Positions 9,625 through 19,853 of a stretch of DNA of 61,657 nt are shown here, piece by piece. The stretch is from Candidatus Sericytochromatia bacterium. GTDB lineage: Bacteria > Cyanobacteriota > Sericytochromatia > S15B-MN24 > VGJW01. A program made the position numbers and the translations under genes. The stretch covers positions 1 through 61,657 of the forward strand of contig JAYKHS010000002.1 in assembly GCA_035285865.1 (NCBI GenBank), written 5' to 3'. Numbering within the stretch: the first letter of the stretch is position 1; every line of letters starts with the position of its first letter. A model generated the notes under the pieces. The model did not search any database, was not told the DNA's origin, and saw nothing but the letters and a program-made list of their open reading frames with translations.

Positions 9625-10929
9625 ATGCCCGCTCAAGTTTCCGCCCAGCCGCGACGGACCTGCATGCCCCCGGAGACGGGAACGCCCGGCACGGCCTGGA
9701 CGTGGGGCACGGTTCGCCTCGTCGGGGGCCCCTCCCCGTGGCAGGTGTGGCCGCTACGCGCAGACAGCATCCGGACGGCGTGGCAAGAGGCCGGCAGCGA
9801 CGCGCTGACACTTGGCCTCGGCGAGGCGTGGCGCTCGGGTCCCGGTGGCTTTGCGGAGCTGCTGGCCTTGCTGGAGACCCACCCCGACCTCGTGGCATTC
9901 GGCAGCCCGGGCTGGCCGGGCGATGCGCGACCAGCAGGGGCCTGGGTCGTGCCCGAGTGGGTGTGGCAGGGGGACGCGCAAGGACAGTCCGGCACGTGGC
10001 AGTGGCAGGGCAAGGTCCTCTCGGATGAAAGCCGCCCCGACTGGACCGTCCGGGCACTGGCCTCCGCAGACGTGCTGCTGCAGACAGGCCCCCGCGAGAC
10101 GGCTGCGGACGGTCCCCGCTGGGTGCGCCCCCATGCCCTCCAGGGCAAGGACCGTTTTCTGGCCGGGGCACGCCGCGTGCTGACGCAACTCGCCGGGGAC
10201 GGCCTCGCCAAGGTCGTCCTGTCGCGAGACATCACGCTTCGGGCGGAAGCCCCGGTGGACCCTTGGGCCGTATTCCGCGGCATGGCGCGGCGAGCCGCCG
10301 ACAGCCACAGGATGGCGTGGCAGGAGCCCGGTGCAGCAGCGTGGCTCGCGGCCTCGCCCGAGCGCCTGTGCAGCTGGTCGGGTGCTTCCTTCGTCACCGA
10401 AGCGCTCGCCGGCACGGCCGTACGAACGCAAGGTTCCGAAGCACTTGGCGACCTCGACAGGCCGGCTGCTCAAGCCGAGCAGGGCGTGGTGCAGACAGGC
10501 GTCCGACGGGCGCTGGCCGGCCTTGTCATCGACCTGCGGGAAGACACCCCGTCACCGGTCGCGTGGCAGGGTCTGGTGCATCTCAAGGCCACCCTCGCCG
10601 GAAGGCTCGCCCCGGGCACGACTGTCGCCGATCTCGTGTCGGCCCTGAACCCCACGGCTGCCGTGGCCGGCTGGCCGGGCCAGGAGGCGCAAGCATGGAT
10701 TCGCTGGCTAGAGGGTCGGCCCCGTGGTCGTTATGCGGCCCCTTTCGGTCGTCTGACGGCACGCGAGGGCATGCTGGCCGTAGGGATCAGGGGTGTGGCC
10801 ATCCGGGAGCAGGAAGCCTGCGTCACGGTCGGCGCCGGCCTGGTCCGGGGCAGTACGCCCGAGGGCGAATGGGCCGAGACGGAAGCCAAGTTGGACGCGG
10901 TGCTTCGGTTGCTCGGACGCGACGCTTGA
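9625..10929 (+). CDS. menF: Isochorismate synthase (chorismate-binding MST family), divergent
   Basis: KVVLSR, ASPERL, EALAGT, LNPTAAVAG, RGRYA, VGIR, GAGLV.GS...EWAET..K; first gene of the men operon. Start uncertain (9607/9625/9664). Confidence 0.85.
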   Translation: MPAQVSAQPRRTCMPPETGTPGTAWTWGTVRLVGGPSPWQVWPLRADSIRTAWQEAGSDALTLGLGEAWRSGPGGFAELLALLETHPDLVAFGSPGWPGDARPAGAWVVPEWVWQGDAQGQSGTWQWQGKVLSDESRPDWTVRALASADVLLQTGPRETAADGPRWVRPHALQGKDRFLAGARRVLTQLAGDGLAKVVLSRDITLRAEAPVDPWAVFRGMARRAADSHRMAWQEPGAAAWLAASPERLCSWSGASFVTEALAGTAVRTQGSEALGDLDRPAAQAEQGVVQTGVRRALAGLVIDLREDTPSPVAWQGLVHLKATLAGRLAPGTTVADLVSALNPTAAVAGWPGQEAQAWIRWLEGRPRGRYAAPFGRLTAREGMLAVGIRGVAIREQEACVTVGAGLVRGSTPEGEWAETEAKLDAVLRLLGRDA

Positions 10930-12683
10930 GCGGCACCAGCCTGAACCTGGCCTGGGCGCGGACCATTGTCCGGGCGCTCGTGTCCGGCGGCGTACGTCAC
11001 GCGATGGTCGCGCCGGGGTCCCGTTCGGCTCCCTTGGCCCTCGCGCTTGCCGAGGCCGCCGGCGCGGGGCAACTCCAGGTGCATCTGCACCACGACGAGC
11101 GAACGGCGGCATTCCAAGGCCTGGGTGCGGCCCGCTGGTCCGGGGAACCCGTGGCCCTGTTGTGCACGTCGGGCACGGCCGGCACCCACTTCCATGCCGC
11201 GGCAGCCGAGGCGCGCGCCAGCGGGATCCCGCTCGTGCTCCTGACGGCCGATCGGCCGCCGGACGTGCGCCACGCCCACGCGCATCAGACCATCGACCAA
11301 CGGGGGCTCTACGGCCCCTCGGTCCTTTTCTGGCGCGAACTGGGCCTGCCGCGGGCAGACGCCCTTGCCCTGCGGCACCTGCAAGCCACAGTGGCCCAGG
11401 CCGTGGCCGCGACGCGCGGTCAGCCCCGTGGCCCCGTCCACCTCGACGTGCCGTTCGGGGACTGGCTGCATCCGGCCGCGGAACCCGACATGCCGGCCGA
11501 ACGCCTCGATGCCCTGCTGGCGACCCTGCCCCCGGTGACCCGATGGTGGCCGACGATGCCCGAACCGGCACCCGAAGCCTGGGATGCCGTGCTTGCCTTG
11601 GTCCGCGAGGCTGAGCGTCCACTGCTGGTGATGGGTTCCCTGCTGGCCCCCTGGGATGGCGAGGCAGGAAGTCTGGAAGCATCAGGCTGGGCCGTGTTGC
11701 GGGACGCGACGGCCTGGGACGCTGGTTCCGGCGTACCGGGCGGACATCTTGAGACCATGGTCAGGGCTGCGCAGGCCTTGGGTCTGATGCCGGACCTCGT
11801 GATCCGGGTCGGGGGCGGTCCCGTTTCGGGCTCTGCGCTGCGCTGGCTGGCCTCGCTCGACGTTCCTGTCATCCAGGTCCAGAGCGACCGCGAACGCTGG
11901 GACGCCGATGGCCGGGCAACCCATGTCCTGACGGGAGCTCCCGGCCCCCTGCTGGCCCGCCTCGCGGCCGCCGGCAGCAACGGCCTGCGAACCGTCTGGT
12001 CCCGGACGTGGCAGGCCCTGCGCGAGGCGGCTTCGGCCCATGCCCGCGAGACGACCCTGCCCCCCGAACCCGACGCCGTCCGTACCGCCCTTGCACACTG
12101 GCCGATGGAGGGCCTCGTCGTCGCAGGCAACAGCATGGCCGTCCGCTACGTGGACTTCGTGGGCACCACGCGCGCCCGCTTGCTGGCCAACCGTGGCGCC
12201 TCCGGCATCGACGGGCAGGTGGCAACCGCGCTCGGAGCACGCCTCGCCTCGGGCCTGCCGACCCTGTTGGTCACGGGCGATGTCTCCTTCCTCCACGACC
12301 TCGGGAGCTGGACCGGAGTCCGGGCGGGTGGCGCGCCGCTCGCCGTGCTCCTCCTCGACAACGATGGCGGGGGCATCTTCCACACCCTGCCCATCGGTGC
12401 ACATCCGGACGCTTGCAGCCCGTGGTGTACGACGCCTCACGGCCTCGATCCCACGCAGGGCCTGGAGGGGTTCGGGGTCGTCACCCACCACCCCCGGGAC
12501 GATGCCGGCCTGATGCGCGCCCTTGACGAGGCCCTGAAGGACGATCGGCCCCACGTCCTGCGCATCGTCGCCGAACGCGAGCCGGGCATGGCGGCGTGGC
12601 AAGCCGTGCTCGAGGAGGGAGGCCGCCGGGTGGCCGGCCGTGTGGGATCATGGATGGAAGCCAAGGAGAGACAGGAAGCATGA
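10926..12683 (+). CDS. menD: SEPHCHC synthase (ThDP-dependent)
   Basis: [54 protein letters not shown] start overlapping the menF stop (the ORF-track start at 10263 is too far upstream). Confidence 0.95.
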   Translation: MSGTSLNLAWARTIVRALVSGGVRHAMVAPGSRSAPLALALAEAAGAGQLQVHLHHDERTAAFQGLGAARWSGEPVALLCTSGTAGTHFHAAAAEARASGIPLVLLTADRPPDVRHAHAHQTIDQRGLYGPSVLFWRELGLPRADALALRHLQATVAQAVAATRGQPRGPVHLDVPFGDWLHPAAEPDMPAERLDALLATLPPVTRWWPTMPEPAPEAWDAVLALVREAERPLLVMGSLLAPWDGEAGSLEASGWAVLRDATAWDAGSGVPGGHLETMVRAAQALGLMPDLVIRVGGGPVSGSALRWLASLDVPVIQVQSDRERWDADGRATHVLTGAPGPLLARLAAAGSNGLRTVWSRTWQALREAASAHARETTLPPEPDAVRTALAHWPMEGLVVAGNSMAVRYVDFVGTTRARLLANRGASGIDGQVATALGARLASGLPTLLVTGDVSFLHDLGSWTGVRAGGAPLAVLLLDNDGGGIFHTLPIGAHPDACSPWCTTPHGLDPTQGLEGFGVVTHHPRDDAGLMRALDEALKDDRPHVLRIVAEREPGMAAWQAVLEEGGRRVAGRVGSWMEAKERQEA

Positions 12684-13558
12684 CACCTGCGACGCGCGAG
12701 AACCCCGGACTGTTCTGGAAGCCCGAGATCGGAGACCGCCGGATCCCCGACTGGCAGGCCGTCGGCGACTGGGAGGACATCCGGGTCGAGAAGGCCGAGG
12801 GCATGGCCAAGATCACCATCTGCCGGCCCGAGTCCCGCAATGCCTTCCGGCCGCGCACCGTCATCGAACTGATCGAGGCCTTCAACCGTGTCCGCGAAAT
12901 GGCCGACGTGGGCGTGGTGATCTTCACCGGCGAAGGCACGGAAGCCTTCTGTTCCGGCGGAGACCAGCGCGTCCGGGGCGACTCCGGCTACCGCGACGAG
13001 GGTGGGGTTCACCGTCTGAACGTCCTCGACCTGCAGAAGATCATCCGCTCGCTGCCCAAGCCCGTGATCGCGATGGTCGCCGGCTACGCCGTCGGCGGCG
13101 GCCACGTCCTGCATGTCGTCTGCGACATCACCATCGCGGCCGAAAACGCCCGGTTCGGTCAGTCCGGTCCCCGGGTCGGCAGCTTCGACGGCGGCTTCGG
13201 CAGCAGCATCCTGATGGACCTCGTCGGCCCCAAGAAAGCCCGCGAAATCTGGTTCCTGTGCCGGCTTTACGACGCCCGCGAAGCCCTCGCGATGGGGCTC
13301 GTCAACACCGTGGTCCCCGTGGCGGAACTCGAAGCCGAGACGGTGGCCTGGGCCCGCCGCATGCTGGAGCACTCGCCCCTGGCCCTGCGCTGCCTGAAGT
13401 CAGGCTTCAACGCCGTCAGCGACGGCCAGGCCGGCGTCCAGGAACTGGCCGGCAACGCGACCTTGCTCTACTACATGAGCGAGGAGGCTCAAGAGGGTCG
13501 CAATGCGTACCTGGAGCGTCGCGTGCCGGACTTCGATCGCTTCCCGAGGCAGCCCTGA
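12680..13558 (+). CDS. menB: 1,4-dihydroxy-2-naphthoyl-CoA synthase
   Basis: [45 protein letters not shown] overlap with menD. Confidence 0.97.
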   Translation: MTPATRENPGLFWKPEIGDRRIPDWQAVGDWEDIRVEKAEGMAKITICRPESRNAFRPRTVIELIEAFNRVREMADVGVVIFTGEGTEAFCSGGDQRVRGDSGYRDEGGVHRLNVLDLQKIIRSLPKPVIAMVAGYAVGGGHVLHVVCDITIAAENARFGQSGPRVGSFDGGFGSSILMDLVGPKKAREIWFLCRLYDAREALAMGLVNTVVPVAELEAETVAWARRMLEHSPLALRCLKSGFNAVSDGQAGVQELAGNATLLYYMSEEAQEGRNAYLERRVPDFDRFPRQP

Positions 13559-13560
13559 CC

Positions 13561-14514
13561 ATGGCTGCCGTCGCACCTGAGGCTCCCCCTGCGGGTTGGC
13601 GCATGTGGTGGGCCGGTGCGCGCCCGAGGACGCTCGGTGTTGGCGCGGCCCCCGTCCTGCTCGGACTCGGCCTGGCCCTGACGCGCCTCGCCAGCGAGAC
13701 GCCGACGGGACCCGGAATTCGCGCCGACCTTTTCGCAGCATGTCTACTTGGCGCATTGTTGCTACAGATTGGATGCAACTATGTAAATGATGTGGCGGAC
13801 TTCCAGCGCGGCACAGACGGTCCGGACAGGGTCGGCCCCTTGCGGCTGGCGGCGTCCGGACTGGCGTCGCCGCGCGCGCTCTGGACGGCAGCAGCCCTGT
13901 GCTTCACCGGTGCAAGCCTGTGCGGGGCCTGGTTGCTGGCCAGCCGGGGCTGGCCGATCGCGGCGATCGGCGTCGCATCCATCGTGGCGGCCGTCGCCTA
14001 CACCAGCGGTCCCTTTCCCCTCGCCTACCACGGCCTTGGCGAGGTGACGGTCGCGCTCTTCTTCGGGCCCGTGGCGGTCCTCGGGACGGAGTATGCCCTC
14101 GCGGGCAGCATCTCGTCGTGGGGAGGCTGGTTGTCGCTGATCCCCGCAGGCCTCGGTGCCGCCGTGCTGGCCATCAACAACCTGCGGGACCGGGAGGGCG
14201 ATGCGCGGACAGGCAAGCGGACGCTGGCCGTCCGCTTCGGGGCACCGCGTGCGGTGCAGACCATCCGCACGATGATGCTGGTGCCCTTTGCCGTGCCGGC
14301 CATCCTCGCCGTGGGTCTCGCCCGGCCCTGGCTGGCGCTGCCCCTCCTGATGCTGCCTTCGGCCACGCGCCTCGCCCTGTCCGTCCGGGTCGACACGCCT
14401 GCTCCCGGACTGAACGTGGCCCTCGCCATGACGGGAAGGCTGCTCTTCCGCGTGGCCTTCTACATGACGCTCATCATGCTGCTGATGGCGAAGTCCCCGC
14501 CCTTTCGGGGCTGA
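13561..14514 (+). CDS. menA: 1,4-dihydroxy-2-naphthoate polyprenyltransferase
   Basis: ARPRTL, NYVNDVADF..GTD, Y.GLGE, NNLRD...D...GKRTLAVR; multiple TM segments. Confidence 0.93.
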   Translation: MAAVAPEAPPAGWRMWWAGARPRTLGVGAAPVLLGLGLALTRLASETPTGPGIRADLFAACLLGALLLQIGCNYVNDVADFQRGTDGPDRVGPLRLAASGLASPRALWTAAALCFTGASLCGAWLLASRGWPIAAIGVASIVAAVAYTSGPFPLAYHGLGEVTVALFFGPVAVLGTEYALAGSISSWGGWLSLIPAGLGAAVLAINNLRDREGDARTGKRTLAVRFGAPRAVQTIRTMMLVPFAVPAILAVGLARPWLALPLLMLPSATRLALSVRVDTPAPGLNVALAMTGRLLFRVAFYMTLIMLLMAKSPPFRG

Positions 14515-14520
14515 ACGCGC

Positions 14521-15471
14521 ATGGCCGAGATCCGGTCCGTCCGTCACCTGCCCGCCGAAGGCGCCAGCACGGCACACGGGGCGGCCGGGATGCCTTGGCG
14601 CGCCCTGCTCGTGGTCGCGGACGGTGACCGCGCCGTCCAGGCCGAAGCCGTCGCCCTCGAGGCTTTCGGGATCGACCGCAGGGAAGCCCTCGGACATGCC
14701 CTGGCCTGGGCGAGCCTGGATCTGGAGGCTCGCAGGCAGCACCTGTCGCTGCCCGGACTGCTTGCCCGATCGCTTGGGCGGGATGCCACCCATCCAACTG
14801 TGGCCGTCTCCGCCTTGCTCTTCGGCAACGATCTGCCGTCCCTCGCGGCCTCGGCCCGAGACGCCGCCGAGGCTGGCCATCGGACCTTCAAGCTCAAGGT
14901 GGGCAATCCGGGCGACGCGAGGCGCCCCGAAGACGCCGTGGTCGGCGAGACGACCGCCCGCGTAAGCGCAGTCCGCGAGGTCCTGCCGGCGCAAGCTCGC
15001 CTGCGCCTGGATGCCAACCAGGCCTGGACCTGTGCGCAGCTGCGGGCGATCACGGCCGCACTTGCGCCCTTTCGCGACAGCATCGACTGGCTGGAAGATC
15101 CCTGTCTCCCCGAGGTGCCCTGGCAAGCGGTGCTGGATGCCGGCACCTTGCCGTTGGCCCCCGACGAACGCTGCCGCGAACCCGAGGCCATCCTGCCGTG
15201 GCTGGGGCATGCCCGGATGGCGGCCGTCGTCCTGAAGCCCAGCCTCTGGGGTCCTGAGCGATCCTTGGGGATCGCCGCCGAGGCCCATCGTCATCGCCTG
15301 CCGGTCATCGCCTCCTCGGCCTACGAGGGCGACGCCGGACTTGCGCTGGTGGCCGCCTTCGCGGCGGCTGCCGGAAGCCCCGGCATACCTCATGGCCTTG
15401 TCCTGGGCACCCGTTCCGCAGGCCCGGTGCTCCACGTGCCGCGCGGCCTTCCTGAGGCGACCGGATGCTGA
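14521..15471 (+). CDS. menC: o-succinylbenzoate synthase (enolase superfamily), divergent
   Basis: FKLKVG, LRLDANQAW, LEDP, DE, LKP, SSAYE motifs. Confidence 0.85.
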   Translation: MAEIRSVRHLPAEGASTAHGAAGMPWRALLVVADGDRAVQAEAVALEAFGIDRREALGHALAWASLDLEARRQHLSLPGLLARSLGRDATHPTVAVSALLFGNDLPSLAASARDAAEAGHRTFKLKVGNPGDARRPEDAVVGETTARVSAVREVLPAQARLRLDANQAWTCAQLRAITAALAPFRDSIDWLEDPCLPEVPWQAVLDAGTLPLAPDERCREPEAILPWLGHARMAAVVLKPSLWGPERSLGIAAEAHRHRLPVIASSAYEGDAGLALVAAFAAAAGSPGIPHGLVLGTRSAGPVLHVPRGLPEATGC

Positions 15472-16907
15472 GGGACGGGCGGTTCGCGGCGGGCGCGCTG
15501 CTCGCGGCGCACGCGAGGAACCGAGGCCGGCAGCCTGCCGTCATCGGCCCCCGCCACGCGTGGACTTGGGAAGCCCTGCACCGCGAGGTCGTCCTTCTGA
15601 CCGAACGGTTGGTCTCCCGGGGCATCGGCCCGGGTTGTCGGGTCGGCATCCACGGGTTCAACGGCCCCTCGTGGCTCGTGGCGGCCACGGCCGTCGCAGC
15701 TGCAGGAGGCGTGCTGGTCCCGCTGAATGTCCGCTGGGCCGCGCACGAGCAGGAAGAATGGCTCGAACGGTCGGGCGCCCTTGGCGTCCTCGACTGCTCC
15801 GACGATGATTGCGAGGTCAGCTCCGTCTGGAGGAGCCTCCCGGCCGGCAAGGCTGCCGCAGAAATCGCCCGGGTCTCGGAGCTCCTCACGCTGATGGCCA
15901 CCTCCGGGTCGACGGGCAAGCCGCGAGGGATTGGCCTGACGTCTGGAAACCACGCCGCGCACGCGCTGGCCCATGCCGGCCAGACAGGCCTTTCAGCCGA
16001 GGACCGGGTGCTGGTCGTTCTGCCCCTGTTCCACATCGGTGGCCTCAATGCGTGGTGGCGGGCGCTTGGCAGCGGCTGCACGACAATCCTGCTTCCCCGG
16101 TTCGCCGTGTCGGCCGTTGCGGCTGCGTTCCGCGACCATGCGCCCACGATGGCCTCGATGACCGGCACGATGCTCAAGGACCTGCTTGCGGCGGACGTTC
16201 GCCCGGGACCAGCCATGCGGTATCTGCTGGCAGGAGGCGAGGCACTGGCCGAGGAGCTGGGTGTGGCTCTGCCGATGGTCCGGGCCAGTTACGGGATGAC
16301 GGAGACCTGCGGACACGTGGCCTTCGGGAATCCGGGCGGACGGGACCGGGATGGCTTGCGGGTCCAGCCCGGCACGAAAGTCGTCGTCCGGGACGCGGAA
16401 GGACGCGTGGCGGCAGCTGGCATGCCCGGCCGCATCCACGTCTCCGGGCCCACGACGTGTGCCGGGTGGCTCGACCCGGAAGGCTGCTGGCAGCCCCGGG
16501 AGCATGGGGCTTGGCTCGAGACGGAAGACCTCGGCACCCTCACGGAGACCGGCCGGCTGGTCATCCTGCCGCGACCGGCGGAACGCATCGTGTCCGGCGG
16601 TGAGAACATCTCCCCTTTCGAGATCGAGGCGGTGCTCGAAAGCCTGCCCGAATTGACAGGTGCGCTCGTGGCCGGCGTGCCGGACGCGCGCTGGGGCATG
16701 CGCCCTGCGGCCCTCGTCGTGGCTGCGGCAGGCGTGCCGGAGGCGATGGTGCGACAGGCCATCGCCGACGCCTTGCAGGCGCGCCTCGGCAGTTTCAAGC
16801 ACCCCGGGTCCATCCATCTGGTCGACAACCTGCCCGTGCTCGCCAGTGGCAAGAGGGACCGCCAGGCGGGCGCACGCATGCTTGCCGATCGGACGAGAGC
16901 GGACTGA
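15465..16907 (+). CDS. menE: o-succinylbenzoate-CoA ligase
   Basis: TSGSTGKPRG, PLFHIGG, SYGMTET, SGGENISP.EIE, SGK; last gene of the men operon. Confidence 0.88.
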   Translation: MLRDGRFAAGALLAAHARNRGRQPAVIGPRHAWTWEALHREVVLLTERLVSRGIGPGCRVGIHGFNGPSWLVAATAVAAAGGVLVPLNVRWAAHEQEEWLERSGALGVLDCSDDDCEVSSVWRSLPAGKAAAEIARVSELLTLMATSGSTGKPRGIGLTSGNHAAHALAHAGQTGLSAEDRVLVVLPLFHIGGLNAWWRALGSGCTTILLPRFAVSAVAAAFRDHAPTMASMTGTMLKDLLAADVRPGPAMRYLLAGGEALAEELGVALPMVRASYGMTETCGHVAFGNPGGRDRDGLRVQPGTKVVVRDAEGRVAAAGMPGRIHVSGPTTCAGWLDPEGCWQPREHGAWLETEDLGTLTETGRLVILPRPAERIVSGGENISPFEIEAVLESLPELTGALVAGVPDARWGMRPAALVVAAAGVPEAMVRQAIADALQARLGSFKHPGSIHLVDNLPVLASGKRDRQAGARMLADRTRAD

Positions 16908-16919
16908 CGGATTGCCGCC

Positions 16920-18398
16920 TCAGGCCGCCAGCTCTCGCCGCACGCGACCCGGATACTCACGGGCCAGCCGGGCCCAGTCGACCTGGCCCAGCGTGACGGC
17001 CAACGCCCGCTCGAGCTCGGCGAGCCGATAGCGGTACCCGCTGGCGATCAGGCGATCGGGGACGACCCGGGCGCTGGCCAGCAGCATCTCGTCCGCGAAG
17101 GCTCCGAGCGTCGTCCGCAGCACGATGGCCGGCACATGCGCCAGAGGCCGGGGACGTCCCAGCACCCGCGCCAGGATCTCTCCGAACGCGGCGTTGGTGA
17201 CGGGCGCCGGAGCCACCACGTTGACCGGCCCGGACAGGCTCTCGGTCGCGACGGCATGATGCAAGGCCCCCACCACGTCCTCGAGGGACACCCAGCTCCA
17301 ATACTGCCTGCCCGAACCCATGTTGCCGCCGAGACCAGCCCGGAACACCGGCAGCATGCGCTCGAGTGCGCCACCTTCCGGCGTCAGCACGATGCCGAGG
17401 CGGGCATGCACCACCCGGATGCCGGCCTCGCGTGCAGGCTCCGCCGCAGCTTCCCAGGCCTGACAGATGTCCGCGAGGAATCCGCGACCCGGCGGCATGG
17501 CCTCGTCGAGGCTGACCTCGCCACGATCCCCGTAGAAGCCGATGGCCGAGGCGCAGACCAGCACACGAGGGCGATGCGGCAGGGACGCCAGCGCCTCGGC
17601 AAGGCTGCGGGTGGCGTCCACGCGGCTGGTGCGGATACGCATCCGCTGCACGTCGGTCCACAACTTCTCGCCAACGGGCTCTCCCGCCAGATGGACCACC
17701 GCATCCAGACGGACGTCGTCAGGCAGTTGGATCTGGCCGGTACCTGGGTCCCATGAGCCCTCGAGCACGCCGGGGAAGGTGCCCGGCGGAGGGGTCAACG
17801 ACGACCACGTGGACGTCGCTCCGGCCTCGGGACGACGCAGGACGACGACACGGTGACCGCCCGTCGTCAGGTAGGGCACCAGCGCACGACCCACAAGTCC
17901 GGAAGCCCCGGTCACGGCGATGGTCATGGGGCCCGTGGCGGCCAGCCGGGCGTGGGCCGCAAGGTCCTCCATCAATAGCCGATGCCGGTAGGCGAAGGCT
18001 CGCTCGATCTTGCGGGCGACGACGGCCCCGCCACCAAGCTCCCCGAGCCCCCCGAGCGGCAACTCGTAGGCCAGGTGATCGACCAGGCGACTGCGGCCGG
18101 CATCGACAGGCAGGATCCGGTGCTGGTGCTCCCAACTGGCGAAGGGCCCGCGCACCTGGACGTCATCGAAACCGACGCCTGCAACCACGCGCCGATGTTC
18201 GGCCACCCATTCGACCGGAACCGGCCCGGCCTGGATGCGGAGGCGCGCACGCGACCCCTCGGCCACCAGGCCACCCTCGACGATGCGCGCCGGGTCGAAA
18301 GGCGGGTTCAGCCGCAGGAACGCACCAGGACGGACGTGCCATTCCCACACCGCCGAGGCTGGGGCCTCGAGCGTGCTCTCGAACGTGCGTGTCGCCAT
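16920..18398 (-). CDS. SRPBCC (cyclase/dehydrase-like) domain fused to a TIGR01777-family NAD-dependent epimerase
   Basis: N-terminal VWEWH..PGAF.RL.PP...GPFASWEHQH; then GASGLVG, VVHLAGE, SAIGFYG, WVSLEDVV, GPVNVVAP. Confidence 0.9.
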   Translation of the reverse strand: MATRTFESTLEAPASAVWEWHVRPGAFLRLNPPFDPARIVEGGLVAEGSRARLRIQAGPVPVEWVAEHRRVVAGVGFDDVQVRGPFASWEHQHRILPVDAGRSRLVDHLAYELPLGGLGELGGGAVVARKIERAFAYRHRLLMEDLAAHARLAATGPMTIAVTGASGLVGRALVPYLTTGGHRVVVLRRPEAGATSTWSSLTPPPGTFPGVLEGSWDPGTGQIQLPDDVRLDAVVHLAGEPVGEKLWTDVQRMRIRTSRVDATRSLAEALASLPHRPRVLVCASAIGFYGDRGEVSLDEAMPPGRGFLADICQAWEAAAEPAREAGIRVVHARLGIVLTPEGGALERMLPVFRAGLGGNMGSGRQYWSWVSLEDVVGALHHAVATESLSGPVNVVAPAPVTNAAFGEILARVLGRPRPLAHVPAIVLRTTLGAFADEMLLASARVVPDRLIASGYRYRLAELERALAVTLGQVDWARLAREYPGRVRRELAA

Positions 18399-18423
18399 CG
18401 ACGGATCTCCCCGGAAGGCTTTC

Positions 18424-18474
18424 AGGGTACGCCGTGTGGAGACCTTGTCAATCCGGCGGCCGGGTGCCTAGCAT
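18424..18474. promoter_or_regulatory. Back-to-back sigma70-type promoters sharing a -35 region: TTGACA-16-TACCCT (minus) and TTGTCA-18-TAGCAT (plus)
   Basis: Hexamers at 18446-18451/18424-18429 (minus) and 18445-18450/18469-18474 (plus) in the divergent intergenic region. Confidence 0.55.
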
Positions 18475-18506
18475 GCCGGGTCTGACGTCCTTTGGAGGAC
18501 CTCCCG

Positions 18507-19844
18507 ATGATGGGCCGGATGACCGGCGTGGGGACTGCCGGCCTGCTGGCAGGCGCTCTGGCCTGCGCTCCTGCCTCTGCTGCACCGGCCATGGTCCGGG
18601 ACGTGGCACCCTTGCTGCTCGAGGCCGCGCAGCGCCAACCCGCGGTGCAGGCAGGTCGCGCAGCACTTTCGGCCGCCGAGGCACGGGAGGTCGTCGCCAA
18701 TCGCGGGCTCTGGCCGACGCTCACCGTTTCGTCGGGAGCCTCCGTGCTGCAGGGCCAGGTCTTCGGGGCATTTGCGGGCGGGGCGGCGACAGGCCTGCCG
18801 GGCGGTCTTGGCGGCCTGCCACTTGCTCAGGACCAAGTCTGGCCGAATGCCGGCCTCACCTTGGCCCAGCCGGTTTTCGACGGGGGTCGTGCGTGGGCGA
18901 CGGGCGAAGCCGCGGCCGAAGCCCGCGAGAGTGCCCGTCTGCGCGCCGAGGAAGTCCGCCGAAGGAGCGTGTACGTGGCTTGGCTGGCCTGGCTGGACGC
19001 GCTTGACCTCGATGGCGAGACCCTCGCGCTCGATGCCCGCATCGCCACCGCCCGGGAGCGGGTCCAGCGCGCACGGCTTGAGCAGAAGACGGGAACCGGC
19101 CGCGAGCTCGCCGTCCTGCAGGCCGAACTCGACCTCGCGAGGGTGGGGACGGAGCGGCGGCACAATGACGCCGCCCTCTCGGCCCTGCTGCAGGACATCG
19201 GGCGACGCTACGGCATCGTTCTGCCGACCGGGCGCTTGCCTTCCCTCGTCCTTGCACTGCCGGGCGACCTGCGCAGTGCGACGGCGACCGCCAGCCAGAC
19301 CGTGCGCGCCGCGGAGGCCGGCGCGCGATCGGCGGAAGCCCTTGCCCGTGCGCGCGCTGCCGGCCGCTGGCCCCAAGCAAGCGCCTTCGTGACGACCACG
19401 GCAGCCGGACGCGACCTGGGCCTGTCGACCACCCTCGGTGGCGCCACGCTCACGTGGCAGCCGCTGGATTTCGGCAGACAGGGTGCCGCAGAGCAGGAGG
19501 CCGGCGCCCAGGCCGAGCAGGCTCGCCTCGAGGCCGATGCCGCGAAACTCGACCATGTGCGCGAGCTGCAGGACAGCCTGCTGCGACGGGCGCGCGAGCA
19601 GGAGACCGTGCAACACGCCCGCAGCCTCCTGCAACTGGCCATGCGTGCCCGGGAACAGACGGAAGCGAGGCGCCAGAACGGCACGGCCGACCTGCTCGAA
19701 AGCCTCGAACGCGAGGAAGCCGTCGTTCTGGCCCAGGTCGCGCTGGAGCGTGGCGAGCGTGCGCTGCTTCGCGGCGAACTGGCCGTGGCCCGCGCCCTGG
19801 ATCTGCCCCCCGAATTGCTGCTGCCCGTCTCCGGGCGTCCCTGA
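18507..19844 (+). CDS. TolC-family outer-membrane efflux protein
   Basis: Signal peptide, two OEP-like repeats (LWPTL...QPVFDGG; WPQAS...WQPLDFG), G...LLE motif; GGAGG RBS. Confidence 0.82.
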   Translation: MMGRMTGVGTAGLLAGALACAPASAAPAMVRDVAPLLLEAAQRQPAVQAGRAALSAAEAREVVANRGLWPTLTVSSGASVLQGQVFGAFAGGAATGLPGGLGGLPLAQDQVWPNAGLTLAQPVFDGGRAWATGEAAAEARESARLRAEEVRRRSVYVAWLAWLDALDLDGETLALDARIATARERVQRARLEQKTGTGRELAVLQAELDLARVGTERRHNDAALSALLQDIGRRYGIVLPTGRLPSLVLALPGDLRSATATASQTVRAAEAGARSAEALARARAAGRWPQASAFVTTTAAGRDLGLSTTLGGATLTWQPLDFGRQGAAEQEAGAQAEQARLEADAAKLDHVRELQDSLLRRAREQETVQHARSLLQLAMRAREQTEARRQNGTADLLESLEREEAVVLAQVALERGERALLRGELAVARALDLPPELLLPVSGRP

Positions 19845-19853
19845 GGAATCGAC

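Noticed and set aside
10263..14514. Apparent long N-terminal extensions or fusions of MenD (806 aa) and MenA (624 aa)
   Set aside because: The extensions overlap menF and menB in another frame; coupled starts at 10926 and 13561 explain the real genes. The same applies to the ORFs starting at 21884 and 22834.
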